A stretch of DNA of 64,000 nt from Macrostomum lignano (taxonomy: Eukaryota). How positions within the stretch are numbered: position 1 is the first letter of the stretch; each line of letters begins with the position of its first letter. The notes under the pieces were generated by a model. That model saw only the letters and a list, made by a program, of their open reading frames with translations, was not told the origin of the DNA and made no database searches. Positions 40,404 to 51,865 of this stretch are shown piece after piece. The position numbers and the translations under genes were made by a program. The stretch spans positions 62,001-126,000 of the forward strand of contig NIVC01001304.1 of NCBI GenBank assembly GCA_002269645.1, given 5' to 3'.

Positions 40404-40657
40404 GTAAGTTGCCATTCTTTTGTTATTTGAAAATGTTAGGAACTCGGTTTTTACATCTTTAATACGCGTTATTCAAAACCCGGTCAGTAGCCCCCCTCCT
40501 GGCGGTTTATTCCATGGCTAAGCTGCTCCGCATGGATAATCCTGGATTCGGTTAGCTTGCATGGAGCTGTGCCACTCTATCCCTACTGTTGACAGTCGAA
40601 GGGCTGCATGCTCCATACTACTTACTAAGTAGTTCACACACAATTCCGCCTCGACAG

Positions 40658-41107
40658 CCGACCCGTCAAAATGCCGGCCGCGGCGGACCGCTTAACAATG
40701 TCCTCGAGGTGAAGTCCTCAGATTTTGAAGTGTTCGAAGCTCTGGCCATGGACATCGCCGAGAGCACGCAGTCCAAGGAGCACGGTCAGTCTGAGGTGTC
40801 CGAGCGCCTGCGGCACCGGTCTGGCAGCCCGCCGGGCCGCTACACCAGCCAGGTGCCTTCTGGCTCCGCCAGGCAGCCGGCCGGGCCGAACCGGGCGCCC
40901 CCGGTGCTGCCGCAGCAGCTGCTGCAGGTCATCCTGAACCGGCCCACCGACTCGCGGCTGGACCCCAACCTGCTGCCCGAGCCCGAGCACGTCATGCTGA
41001 ATCACCTGTACGCGCTGAGCATCAAGGATGGCGTCGTGGTGCTGTCAACTATCCACCGGTATCGCAAGAAGTTCGTCACCACCGTCATGTACAAGCCGTG
41101 CGACTGA
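40658..41107 (+). CDS. PRKAB: AMPK beta subunit, exon 4 (alpha/gamma-binding domain); total 287 aa
   Basis: NNVLEVKSSDFEVFEAL, PPVLPQQLLQVILN, DPNLLPEPEHVMLNHLYALSIKDGV..L....RYRKKFVTTVMYKP. Confidence 0.96.
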   Translation, partial: PTRQNAGRGGPLNNVLEVKSSDFEVFEALAMDIAESTQSKEHGQSEVSERLRHRSGSPPGRYTSQVPSGSARQPAGPNRAPPVLPQQLLQVILNRPTDSRLDPNLLPEPEHVMLNHLYALSIKDGVVVLSTIHRYRKKFVTTVMYKPCD

Positions 41108-41778
41108 GCTCCGCCTGGGTGTGCCAGTAATAAGCGCTGCGTTTTGGTGGCTGGTCCAGTATATCAGTGTTTTGACCAGATTGATTGGCAAATGTTTTAT
41201 ACCTGCATTGAACTTGTATCCAAATTGTCTTCGTGTATTGTCAGTTGCTCGAGTCACAGTTGCTTTATCTGGCATTAGTCTTATCTGTGTACAGCTTTCA
41301 TAATTGCTAGTGGAGTATTTTGTGGAGTATAGTGGAGTATAGTGGAGTATAATGTGGAGTATTTTGGAGAATAGGGTGGCTTCTTGCTATGCTATTAAAT
41401 AGGTTCACTAATTTACCTAAGGTTGAATTTTTAGTCTGTAACCAAACTCAATTATTTTTTCTTGCGCTTCAAGAACAATCAGACGAAATGGACGCAATCC
41501 AAGTGCTGCAGGGTTATTCATACTGTCCGGTCAGTTTGCCTGTTGTTTTTCTGCCATTAAATCACCGAAGCGTAATTGTTTTTGCTGGTGCTGTGTTCTC
41601 TGCCCATTAGTATTCTATGCTCATATTTCTGTCAATTAATTCCCGAGTTTAATGCCTTCTAAATTGACTGACTGCTGACATCTTCTTCACTCAGCATCCT
41701 CTTACTCCGGCGATAAATACTCTGCTATCGGATACTATGCAGATGTGACTCGTGAGTATATCTTTCTTCAAAATTAGA

Positions 41779-42178
41779 AGGGTGGCTGCTCCGGGGTAGG
41801 AAACTAAAGGGGTGGCTGCTCCAGGGTTAGGAAGTTGGGGGGGTGGCTACTCCGGGGGTAGGAAGTTAAAGGGGTGGCTGCTCCAGGGTTAGGAAGTTGG
41901 AGGGGTGGCTTTAGACTTAGACTTAGCTGCAGGGGGCTCCGTGCGTCCGGAAACAGCGAGGAGGCGTTGCCGCCCATTTCGCTAACCCCTGGCGAAGGAG
42001 GGGTGGCTGCTCCGGGGATAGAAGTTTGAGGGGTGGCTGCTCCGGGGGTAGGAAATTGGAGGGGTGGCTGCTCCGGGGATAGAAGTTTGAGGGGTGGCTG
42101 CTCCGGGGGTAGGAAATTGGAGGGGTGGCTGCTCCGGGGATAGGAAGTTGGAGGGGTGGCTGCTCTCCGGAGGTAGGA
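41779..42178. repeat. About 31-bp minisatellite (GGGGTGGCTGCTCCGGGGGTAGGAAGTTGGA) interrupted by a unique insert
   Basis: Tandem units on both sides of 41911-41996. Confidence 0.9.
41911..41996 (-). mobile_element. 86-bp retroposed 3' end of the RNase H-LINE family
   Basis: Reverse complement matches 31649-31733 and 33382-33406, ends (CTAAGT)2; flanked by GGAGGGGTGGCT at 41899-41910 and 41997-42008. Confidence 0.8.
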
Positions 42179-43142
42179 AACGGATGCGCTGCAGTTGGTT
42201 GTCGCTGATTGAAAATGTACGATCATAGCTCGTGTACATGTTAAATCGTACACTATTCTGGATACTTTGAAAATCTTGTGCCTATAAGTAGTGTTATCTG
42301 TTTGTAAATTTTGCGTAAACTTAGCTTGATCACGCATCCCCACACTATCGGTGACATCTTTGGAAAGCCGCTGTCCTATTTATAAAATTTTTACTCAAAA
42401 GCCTAGCCTAGTTTTATCTGTCTAACACTTTTGGTGTCTGAAATGTCATTTTGTTATACAATAAATTTGCTATTTTTGAGTCCTGCTCTGCTAACACTTC
42501 TAATAAGCTTCGGAGCGAAGCCACGGAAGCATAAAAACCAATTTGCTCAGCTTTTCACGTTTTAATTCTGTGCAGTTTGACGAGCCTGAGGTCAACGTAG
42601 ATGCAGAACAATGGTACCAACGAAAGCTGGGTGTTCTTGAATAATCAGTTCTGGAACAGGGAGTTCTAGTAAATATTATTCTGGTAAACTTGAGCGGCTG
42701 TCCGATAACGTTTAGAGCAAAACGCTCGGAAGGAATTCTTGTAATATTGGGGAGGAATTCTTGTATTGGAGGAGGAACTCTAAACTACTGTAAGTAGCAC
42801 TACAGTAAAGCCAGTATCGCATAGGCAGCTGCAGCAGTATCAATGGTAGTGCTTCAGGCCGAAGGCTGGCAAGGATGGGAGGATGGGAGGCGGAGCAAAT
42901 AAGAGAAGCTCGCAAAACCGGTTCGCCAACTTGATGCTGCGGATGCAGCATATCCGCCAGTCATTAAATGCGCTGGGCATCGGCAAGATGACTTTCGCAG
43001 CTGCATGTTTGGCTCAGGCTCTGAAGTACAATCTATGTGTAATATATTTTTCTGAGCGCGGGTGCTGATTCAAAATAGTCCAGCTAGTGCTGTCATAGTG
43101 ACAGTCCATTTTTCAGTTACTGCAGCCGCCGGTGCAGCTCCG

Positions 43143-43436
43143 CTAATTTTCACGGCTCCACTGGCGCCGCTTCAGCCTAAAGATGGACGACGAGGCTCCG
43201 TGTTGCTGCGCGAGCTGCTTGCTCGGCGCAGCGTCCGGGCCCAGGCGCTGCAGGTCCTGCAGCAGCAGCAGCTGCTCCAGCTCGGAGCTGTCCAGGTCGG
43301 CGCCGCCGTTCAGCAGCTCGGCCAGCCGCTTCATCGTCTGGACTTCGTCGTCGGCGGCTGCCGGGGCCGCCTGGCCAACTGACGCGAAACTGCAGAGCAG
43401 CAGCGCCAAGGCGGCGATCGCTGAGCGGATCGTCAT
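43143..43436 (-). CDS. Small secreted protein, putative neuropeptide/prohormone precursor (97 aa)
   Basis: Signal-peptide-like MTIRSAIAALALLLCSFASVGQA, dibasic KR after QTM and RLKRR near the C-terminus; upstream acceptor ATCTGCAG at 43518-43511. Confidence 0.72.
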   Translation of the reverse strand: MTIRSAIAALALLLCSFASVGQAAPAAADDEVQTMKRLAELLNGGADLDSSELEQLLLLQDLQRLGPDAAPSKQLAQQHGASSSIFRLKRRQWSREN

Positions 43437-43585
43437 TCCGGTTGAGGAGGCTGTCGGTCTGCGAGCGTGGGTGGGCAGCCAAGGTTATCCGTAGGGAAGC
43501 ACCGGAAAAGCTGCAGATGGCACACAGACAACACCGTGCTAAAAGCATTCGCTCATTTGAAACTGTCAGGGCCAGGCAAGTCCCG

Positions 43586-44521
43586 GACCAAGTATCTGTA
43601 TTGGAAGCACCAGGCCAGGGAGTGTTGGACCAAGTATCTGTATTGGAAGCACCAGGCCAGGGAGTGTTGGACCAAGTATCTGTATTGGAAGCACCAGGCC
43701 AGGGAGTGTTGGACCAAGTATCTGTATTGGAAGCACCAGGCCAGGGAGTGTTGGACCAAGTATCTGTATTGGAAGCACCAGGCCAGGGAGTGTTGGACCA
43801 AGTATCTGTATTGGAAGCACCAGGCCAGGGAGTGTTGGACCAAGTATCTGTATTGGAAGCGCCAGGCCAGGGAGTGTTGGACCATCTGTATTGGAAGCGC
43901 CAGGCCAGGGAGTGTTGGACCATCTGTATTGGAAGCGCCAGGCCAGGGAGTGTTGTACCAAGTATCTGTATTGGAAGCGCCAGGCCAGGGAGTGTTAAAC
44001 CAAGTATCTGTATTGGAAGCACCAGGCCAGGGAGTGTTGGACCAAGTATCTGTATTGGAAGCGCCAGGCCAGGGAGTGTTGGACCATCTGTATTGGAAGC
44101 GCCAGGCCAGGGAGTGTTGTACCAAGTATCTGTATTGGAAGCACCAGGCCAGGGAGTGTTGGACCAAGTATCTGTATTGGAAGCACCAGGCCAGGGAGTG
44201 TTGGACCAAGTATCTGTATTGGAAGCACCAGGCCAGGGAGTGTTGGACCAAGTATCTGTATTGGAAGCGCCAGGCCAGAGAGTGTTGGACCATCTGTATT
44301 GGAAGCGCCAGGCCAGGGAGTGTTGTACCAAGTATCTGTATTGGAAGCACCAGGCCAGGGAGTGTTGGACCAAGTATCTGTATTGGAAGCACCAGGCCAG
44401 GGAGTGTTGGACCAAGTATCTGTATTGGAAGCACCAGGCCAGGGAGTGTTGGACCAAGTATCTGTATTGGAAGCACCAGGCCAGGGAGTGTTGGACCAAG
44501 TATCTGTATTGGAAGCGCCAG
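43586..44521. repeat. 42-bp minisatellite with 37-bp deletion variants (CCAAGTATCTGTATTGGAAGCACCAGGCCAGGGAGTGTTGGA)
   Basis: Tandem units; probably in a 5' UTR intron of the secreted-peptide gene. Confidence 0.96.
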
Positions 44522-45320
44522 GTTGATTTAGAAACTCGTTGATCACTTGATCGCGATATTAGAAGTCAGCGTCCAAGTGCGCACGCCTCTAATTTTAAGG
44601 ACAAAGTGACCACTCACTACCTTAGAAACAAAACTTCAGGTAAAAGTACCTGCATGTACAACACTATATCTACGTATTTAAGTTAAGCTGCGTAATTAAC
44701 TACGTAATTTTGCAAAGCTATTGGGAGACCAAATTCGTGCTAAAGCTGGGAAGCCGCGGCCTCAGCACCCGAGGACTTCTTTGTCAGGCAGCTGAGCAGC
44801 CTCACGTTCGGCTCAAGCAGGCCACCATTGTTCTCGCAGTTAAACGCAGCAATTACCGCACGCACTCGGGAGAGACCTGCGATTTCCGCTGGGGTGTTGA
44901 AAACTTGAAAATACAGAGGCTGAGGCTCCGCATGGCAGCGGGGCTGCAGCAGCCCCTGGGGCAGCGAGGCCTGCAATTGCGAGCCGCGAATTGCAGTGGC
45001 GCTTCAGGCAGCTGGGCGTCACTCCTTTGTTCCCAGAGTCTGCTTCCTGTACGAGGCCTCCGTGAAAGCTGACACTTTCTTTTTCTCTTTGCCGTGACAG
45101 CTGCTGCGTACCTTTGACTTGAAGCTGCTTTTGAGCGAAAAATAGGAGTAAATGTTTCACTGACTTCTCTGCGGGGTATGGGATAGCCTGGCTGAACAAA
45201 AAAAGAATTATCTTTGTGACGAATTATCTTTGCTTGGTGGACTCGAAGGGTCATTTTCGAAGTTAATACTCTTTAGCCTAATCGTTTATTCAGTCTGCCC
45301 TGCAATGATTACAAATTTCA

Positions 45321-45510
45321 GTAGGCAGGTAGGTAGGTAGGTAGGTAGGTAGGTAGGTAGGTAGGTAGGTAGGTAGGTAGGTAGGTAGGTAGGTATAGGT
45401 AGGTAGGCAGGTAGGTAGGTAGGTTGGTTGGTAGGTAGGTAGGTAGGTAGGTACAGTGTAGGTAGGTAGGTATGTAGGTAGGTAGGCACAGTGTAGGTAG
45501 GTAGGTAGAC
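45321..45510. repeat. (GTAG)n microsatellite
   Basis: Direct reading. Confidence 0.96.
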
Positions 45511-45526
45511 ATGTTTAGGCAGATAG

Positions 45527-45527
45527 T

Positions 45528-45585
<58 letters not shown>

Positions 45586-45648
45586 GGCAGACAGACAGAC
45601 AGACAGACAGACAGGCAGTCAGGCAGACAGGCAGGCAGGCAGTCAGGC

Positions 45649-45685
<37 letters not shown>

Positions 45686-45744
45686 GGCAGGCAGGCAGAC
45701 AGGCAGGCAGTCAGGCAGACAGACAGACAGACAGACAGACAGAC

Positions 45745-45784
<40 letters not shown>

Positions 45785-46032
45785 GGCAGACAGGCAGACA
45801 GAGACAGGCAGGCAGACAGACAGACAGACAGACAGGCAGGCAGGCAGGCAGACAGACAGGCAGGCAGGCAGACAGGCAGGCAGTCAGGCAGACAGACAGG
45901 CAGACAGGCAGACAGACAGGCAGGCAGGCAGACAGACAGGCAGGCAGACAGACAGGCAGACAGGCAGGCAGACAGACAGGCAGACAGACAGACAGACAGG
46001 CAGGCAGGCAGGCAGACAGGCAGGCAGACACA
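45527..46032. repeat. Mixed (GACA/GGCA)n microsatellite
   Basis: Direct reading. Confidence 0.96.
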
Positions 46033-47554
46033 CACAGAGGCTCTCACCTCAAAGCTGCAAAGGCTCGGGTGCTGCCAGTGAATGCCTGCCTGTGCGCGGT
46101 GATTTTGCCAATTTTCGTCTCCGACGCCAAGTAGCGCGGAAATCTTTCATTTGCTGCTCAATTTATCCCACTAGTCTCATCTCGCATCCCCTACCGATAG
46201 GCGAATTTCCAGTCCCCCCTGCTGGGCAGAGGTGAGCTGTGGGATTGGGCCAAGAGGGGAGCGGTTGCTAGGGGCAGCATACGGGAGACTGGGGAGAGGC
46301 CTCAGAGCGGGCGTGTCATTTCGGGCGAAGGCGAGCATCAGATGGGGCGCATGGGGCTGTTTGCCTGCGGCTGTGGGGACAAGAAGGCCGGTGAAGACAT
46401 ATGCTGGATATTTATGACTCAGATGTGCTCCGTTCGCGCTCTTCCTGCATAGACATCATCAGCTAAAGGGACGTAGTAGAGACGGGAAAAACAAAAGCAT
46501 AAATAAAACTGAAAGGGATGGCGAGAGATGGAGAGAGGGTGGAGAAAATGAGAGATTAGAAAAGAGAAGAGATTAGCCGGTAATGTTCGGCTAATATATT
46601 AAAACACAAATCAATAAATGAATGAATTAAAATTGCAAAAGCAGATGGCGGCACACGTGGGACTTCAAATTATTTACGGATTCTTCAAAGCAGTCAGCCA
46701 GTGCAGCTGCTGAATGCCAAATCTGAGCTGTAAAATTCATTCCTGCCGCATCTCAGCGGCAATCAGCAATCAAAATCGGGAGCACAGCTTCAGTTGCAGC
46801 TTTCCGAGGCACAGAGTAACCATGAGTTTGCGGTAGATTTTTATCCAAGCTCGCCTCATTCCGCTAGCGCCCGTCTCCCCATTCAGGCTGGGATATCTGG
46901 CACAGGCCTATCTGCTCCATGTTCATTTCCCATTCTCAACAGGCTCCGAGAGGCTGTGGGGAGCGGAAAGTTGGAGCCGACAACGCTTGCGCATCCCGGC
47001 AGCCCAGTAACAACATCCGCATTGCGTCATTAATTATTAATGACGCCCCGTCGCTGCCTCTGAGCTGGCGGGCCGTATTTTAAGGACGAGAGGAGACTTT
47101 CGCCTCTGCCGCGCGGCTCAGCCGCTTACACCTGGACAGGTCTCGGCTCTTCGGATTCACTGCGTTGCGTTGCCAATAGCAACCGGTAGGTGAGTGTAGC
47201 TGCCGCTGCTATCCATTGACTTGCCTATAATTCTTATCTGCCCGGGGCATCGCTGAGCCAGGAGATGTTTGACTTGCCTCTCGAAGCAGTGTTGACAAAA
47301 ACATTTGTTTAAACAGCAGCGTTTCCGCTATTGAAGTTGAAAATCAATTTGCTGGAAGACAGCGAGAGCCGCTCTCGCTTTGCTAGCGCGGAGGACAAGC
47401 GGAGGCCACAGGCGAGTGCTCGAATTGCTAATCCCCAGACTGGTAATCCCTAGGATTAGGATTGCAGGCTCTCTTGCAGACAGCCAATGCGCCAGCTTAA
47501 CGGTTTATCCTAATAGAAGCTTTGTGCAGGCGGAGGAGCTGACTGAATACCTGA

Positions 47555-47655
47555 GCAACTGAGGATCTGGGAGGGTGTCCCAGCAGCTGAGAATCTGGGA
47601 GGATAGCCCAGAAACTGAGGATCTGGGAGCGTGGCCCAGCAACTGAGGATCTGAG
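47555..47655. repeat. About 3.5 degenerate copies of a 28-bp unit (CAGCAACTGAGGATCTGGGAGGG..CC)
   Basis: Same unit as the array at 54295-54892. Confidence 0.85.
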
Positions 47656-47739
47656 GGGGAATGGTGGGCCCGGCTAGATTAGCTGAGAAGTCCGACTGAC
47701 AGCCGAATGCCAGACGAGATCACGTGACCATGTCCCGGC

Positions 47740-48423
47740 ATGACAGCCGGAAATTCGCATTTGCAGTCTCCGCCATTAACCATCTGGTCCAGCAGCATCG
47801 TCCCCATGGCAACAGTGGAGCAGCTGCTGCGGGCCTGCCGCTCCGGCCGCCTGTCAGCGGTGACGCAGTGCCTGCAGCTCGGCGCCGACGTTAACGCAGC
47901 CTGGCCAGGCGACCAGACGGACCGGACGCCGTTGCTGGCCGCCCTGGAGGCGGGGCACCAGGAGGTGGCGGAGCACCTGGTCGCCAAGGGCGCCGACGTC
48001 GGCAGGCCGGACAGGAGGGGCTCCACGCCTCTGCACGTGGCCGCCCGCGGCAACAACGTGGCGGGCGTCCGGCTGCTGATCGGCCGCGGCGCCGACCGGA
48101 ACACGCAGGACGCGGCCGGCCGCAGCCCGCTGATGCAGGCGGTGCAGTCGGGCGCCCTGGCCGCGGCCACCGAGCTGGCGTTGCGCAGCGGGCCGGGGCT
48201 GCTGCTGGAGCTCGAAACCCGGCCGGGCGGCGACACGGCCTTCACGCTGGCCGCGGCCACCGGCAGCGTGGCGATGCTGGGCCTGCTGGTGCGGGCGGGC
48301 TCCGACATCCGCCGGGTGAACGGGCGGGGCCGGGACGCGCTGGCGGTTGCTGGGGACCTCGGCAACCAGGCGGCCGAGCGGTTCCTGGCTGAGCTGTACA
48401 TCCGCAGCGGCCGCGGCACTTGA
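47740..48423 (+). CDS. Ankyrin-repeat protein, single coding exon (true start may be MATVEQ at 47806)
   Basis: GADVN, TPLLAALEAGH.EVAEHLVAKGADV, GSTPLHVAARGN, GRSPLMQAV, GDTAFTLAA. Confidence 0.9.
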   Translation: MTAGNSHLQSPPLTIWSSSIVPMATVEQLLRACRSGRLSAVTQCLQLGADVNAAWPGDQTDRTPLLAALEAGHQEVAEHLVAKGADVGRPDRRGSTPLHVAARGNNVAGVRLLIGRGADRNTQDAAGRSPLMQAVQSGALAAATELALRSGPGLLLELETRPGGDTAFTLAAATGSVAMLGLLVRAGSDIRRVNGRGRDALAVAGDLGNQAAERFLAELYIRSGRGT

Positions 48424-48731
48424 AGCTGCATGGTCCGGGAGCTCTTGCTGACGGACCGGAGCAGCGATGAGCCGCTGCAGGAACTCAGGCTCTTCTGTCT
48501 CTACTGCGCTCTTACTGTACATGTATTCCAATTTGCTCTGTTTATGTATCGATTTTTTGCGTGTATGTTTGAGACCGTCTGCGCGCCACCACTCTTCCAA
48601 CCCCTATTCTGTCCGCCTCTCGAACTCTGTAAGTGTTCCAACATCCCATTTTTATTGTCTGGCCCCGTGATCTGAGGAGTCATCTACTAGTAGAACTAGG
48701 GCCTGAAACAATTAGTTATACAGTCTGCTGT

Positions 48732-49395
48732 GTTCAATTCTACAGTCTGCTGTTACAATTCTACAGTCTGCTGTTACAATTCTACAGTCTGCTGTGTCCA
48801 ATTCTACAGCCTGCTGTGTACAATTCTACAGTCTGCTGTGTACAATTCTACAGCCTGCTGTGTACAATTCTACAGTCTGCTGTGTACAATTCTACAGTCT
48901 GCTGTGTCCAATTCTACAGCCTGCTGTGTACAATTCTACAGTCTGCTGTGTACAATTCTACAGTCTGCTGTGTACAATTCTACAGTCTGCTGTGTCCAAT
49001 TCTACAGCCTGCTGTGTACAATTCTACAGTCTGCTGTGTTCAATTCTACAGTCTGCTGTGTCCAATTCTACAGCCTGCTGTGTACAATTCTACAGTCTGC
49101 TGTGTACAATTCTACAGCCTGCTGTGTACAATTCTACAGTCTGCTGTGTACAATTCTACAGTCTGCTGTGTCCAATTCTACAGCCTGCTGTGTACAATTC
49201 TACAGTCTGCTGTGTCCAATTCTACAGCCTGCTGTGTACAATTCTACAGTCTGCTGTGTACAATTCTACAGCCTGCTGTGTACAATTCTACAGTCTGCTG
49301 TGTACAATTCTACAGTCTGCTGTGTTCAATTCTACAGTCTGCTGTGTACAATTCTACAGTCTGCTGTGTTCAATTCTACAGTCTGCTGTTACAAT
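48732..49395. repeat. 22-bp minisatellite (ACAATTCTACAGTCTGCTGTGT)
   Basis: Tandem units read directly. Confidence 0.96.
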
Positions 49396-50140
49396 CTACA
49401 ATTTACTATCTACAGTCTTCAATTTAGTCTGTTCAGTTGAATTTCTCGGAATCTCACTGGGAAAAATTTCATAATCTCGAAATTTCAGAGTCGATAACTC
49501 TTATTAGTCTTTTCTTACGCCAGCTCACAACTTAAACGTAAACGATACGAATTTTCGAGCTTGTGAAGTTTCGCTTTAGTGTGAAAGTAACAGGATTGAA
49601 ATTTAAAAGATATGCAAAGTTCCGAGCTGATGAAGTTTACTATGAAATTTTGAGATTCTACAAAATCTTTATGAAAATTCTAACAAAAAACTTGTAGAAT
49701 TTCAGATAAGCCAATAACTGTATTAATTATTTAACGCCTTGTATTAGGACAAATCTAACGCTATATTGACACTCTAATAGCTAATCACTAGCTACATGTG
49801 CAACTACTACACAGCAATGCATCAATCAGCTTTACAACGCCGAACTGAGATGACGCAAACACGCCAGAAAAGAAGCAGCCAGGATTAGAACAATAAAGCA
49901 AATAAAGCCGGTTAGGAAAAGCACTGGCCACCTTAGCTAGGGAGGAAGGCAAATGTAGCTAATCTGATCCCAATTAGGAGAGCGCAGGTGCCCAGCAGCG
50001 CATACTTGAATGGAAATAAAAATCTAAATATAGATCTGTCAGCCAGCGGCATAAACAGCGATTGAATCGGCTATTGACTAAGCAAATATTCAACCAAAAC
50101 AGCGCCCAGAAAATATCGCATCTGAACTGCAGGCGGCCAG

Positions 50141-50341
50141 CTACAGGGACTGCAGAACCTCATCCGCCAGCGTGCAGGTGGCCTTGGTGGGGTCCGGCTC
50201 CACGTCCAGCTGCTTCACCACACCGTCCTCGATCACCATGACGAACCGCTTGGCCCGGAGGCCGCCCAGCAGGTGGCTGAGGTCCAGCGACAGGCCGGCG
50301 GCCTCCACAAAGATGGCCTGGGTGTCGCTGAGCATGCGCAC
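50141..50341 (-). CDS. PRDX5: Peroxiredoxin-5, exon 2
   Basis: VRMLSD, GLRAKRFVMVIEDGVVKQLDVEPD..ATCT (resolving Cys); CTCTCAG acceptor. Confidence 0.94.
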   Translation of the reverse strand: MRMLSDTQAIFVEAAGLSLDLSHLLGGLRAKRFVMVIEDGVVKQLDVEPDPTKATCTLADEVLQSL

Positions 50342-50627
50342 CTGAGAGTTGGGGGGGGGGCAGCTCGGGAAGGTCACGGCGATTTCAAATCTGGCAAGAT
50401 ATTTATGATTGTTCATTAGCAGCCACTTTCCACAGCTTCAGTCCCCAATCCCATTGTGTCTGTCAAAACTTGGCCGATTGCATTACCGAGGTAATACCGA
50501 ATGCCAAGCACCTGAGTGCATCCAGTTCAATGAATTTAAGAAAACTTTGGAGACTCAGGAATTAAGCTGTGAAAATGTTGGCAAGGCACTCTGCCTAGCT
50601 GTGAGAATCCAGTCAATGCAGTGACTG

Positions 50628-50877
50628 GTAATCCAGTCAAGACAGTGACAACTCCCAGTCAAGACAGTGACAATCCAGTCAGGACAGTGACAATCCAGTC
50701 AAGGCAGTGACAATCCAGTCAAGGCAGTGACAATTCCCAGTCAAGGCAGTGACAATTCCCAGTCAAGGAAGTGACAACCCAGTCAAGGCAGTGATAATCC
50801 AGTCAAGGCAGTGATAATCCAGTCAAGGCAGTGACAATCCAGTCAAGGCAGTGATAATCCAGTCAAGGCAGTGACAA
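50628..50877. repeat. 20-bp minisatellite (AATCCAGTCAAGGCAGTGAC) in PRDX5 intron
   Basis: Tandem units read directly. Confidence 0.93.
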
Positions 50878-50922
50878 GAGCCAGACGTGTTTATCGCTGA
50901 GCTGCTCTGCCCAGCTGCTCAC

Positions 50923-51285
50923 CTTTCCCTCAGCTCCGTTCGCGTCAGACCAGGCCTGCATGACGAACGGGTCGTTAACTGCCAGACAGAACACCTGGCT
51001 GATTCCCTTGGCCTTGAGCTTGTCGTAATCCCGCACGTAGCTGGGCAGGTGCACCCGGCTGCAGGTCGGCGTGAAGGCGCCCGGCACGCCGAACAGAATG
51101 CTGCGCTGGCCGGCGAACAGCTCCTGAAGGTTGACCTTCTTCATCTCGGGGCCCTCCACCAGCTCCATGGCTGGCAGCTTGTCGCCAACCTTCAGCGACA
51201 TGGCGCGGGCCGGCAGCAGCTGGCCAGCCAGCCGGAGCCGCAGGGAGCCCAGCTGGCCTGCACAGAAGCCCAGACGGTGCATCAT
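50923..51285 (-). CDS. PRDX5: Peroxiredoxin-5, exon 1 with mitochondrial-type presequence; total about 187 aa
   Basis: LKVGDKLP, FGVPGAFTPTCS..HLP (peroxidatic Cys), CLAVNDPFVM.AW; AAG|GTGAGC donor, phase 0. Confidence 0.95.
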
Positions 51286-51477
51286 CGAGCTGGCTGCGGG
51301 GGTGGGGCATCAGACCAAATTAAATCTTATAGCACTTATTGACTCTCCTCTGTAATCTAATTTTTATCTGAGAAGGAGCTGTCATACCTTTACAACCTAA
51401 TTCGTCTTCAATAATTTTCGTTACCATGTCTTTTACATGTTTAATCAACTCTTTTATTGCCCAGCTAATGCACATGT

Positions 51478-51865
51478 GATCCAACTCACTCCCCAGTGAC
51501 CCAACTCACTCCTCAGTGACCCAGCTCACTCCTCAGTGTCCCAACTCACTCCCCAGTGACCCAACTCACTCCCCAGTGACCCAACTCACTCCCCAGTGAC
51601 CCAATTCACTCCTCGTTGACCCAATTTACTCACCAATGAGCTAATTTACTCATCAATGAGGTAATTTACTCATCAATGAGGTAATTTACTCATCAATAAG
51701 CTAGTTTAGTCGTCAATGAGCTAGTTTACTCATCAATGACCTAATTTACACATCAATGAGCTAGTTTACTTATCGATGAGCTAATTTACTCACCAATGAT
51801 CTATTCTACTCATTTAATGACCCATTTTACTAATCGGTGAGCCAACTTACTCATCAATGACCAAG
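51478..51865. repeat. Two adjacent 20-bp minisatellites (CCCAGTGACCCAACTCACTC, then CATCAATGAGCTAATTTACT)
   Basis: Tandem units; switch near 51615. Confidence 0.88.

Noticed and set aside
39348-40407. Collagen- or elastin-like PGFPGVMMS / DIMTPGNPGG ORFs
   Set aside because: 30-bp array inside AMPK beta intron 2; the flanking exons splice in frame without it
43177-44546. Long ORFs with 14-aa repeats on both strands
   Set aside because: Translations of the 42-bp array; an acceptor at 43511 places the array in an intron
47679-48600. 250- and 248-aa antisense ORFs over the ankyrin gene, and similar ones over the GPCR, PRDX5 and PUF60
   Set aside because: Shadow ORFs expected from GC-rich codon usage; no independent motifs
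49627-49647. Hammerhead-like CTGATGA...GAAA
   Set aside because: Stem II does not pair properly and no stems I/III or NUH site were found
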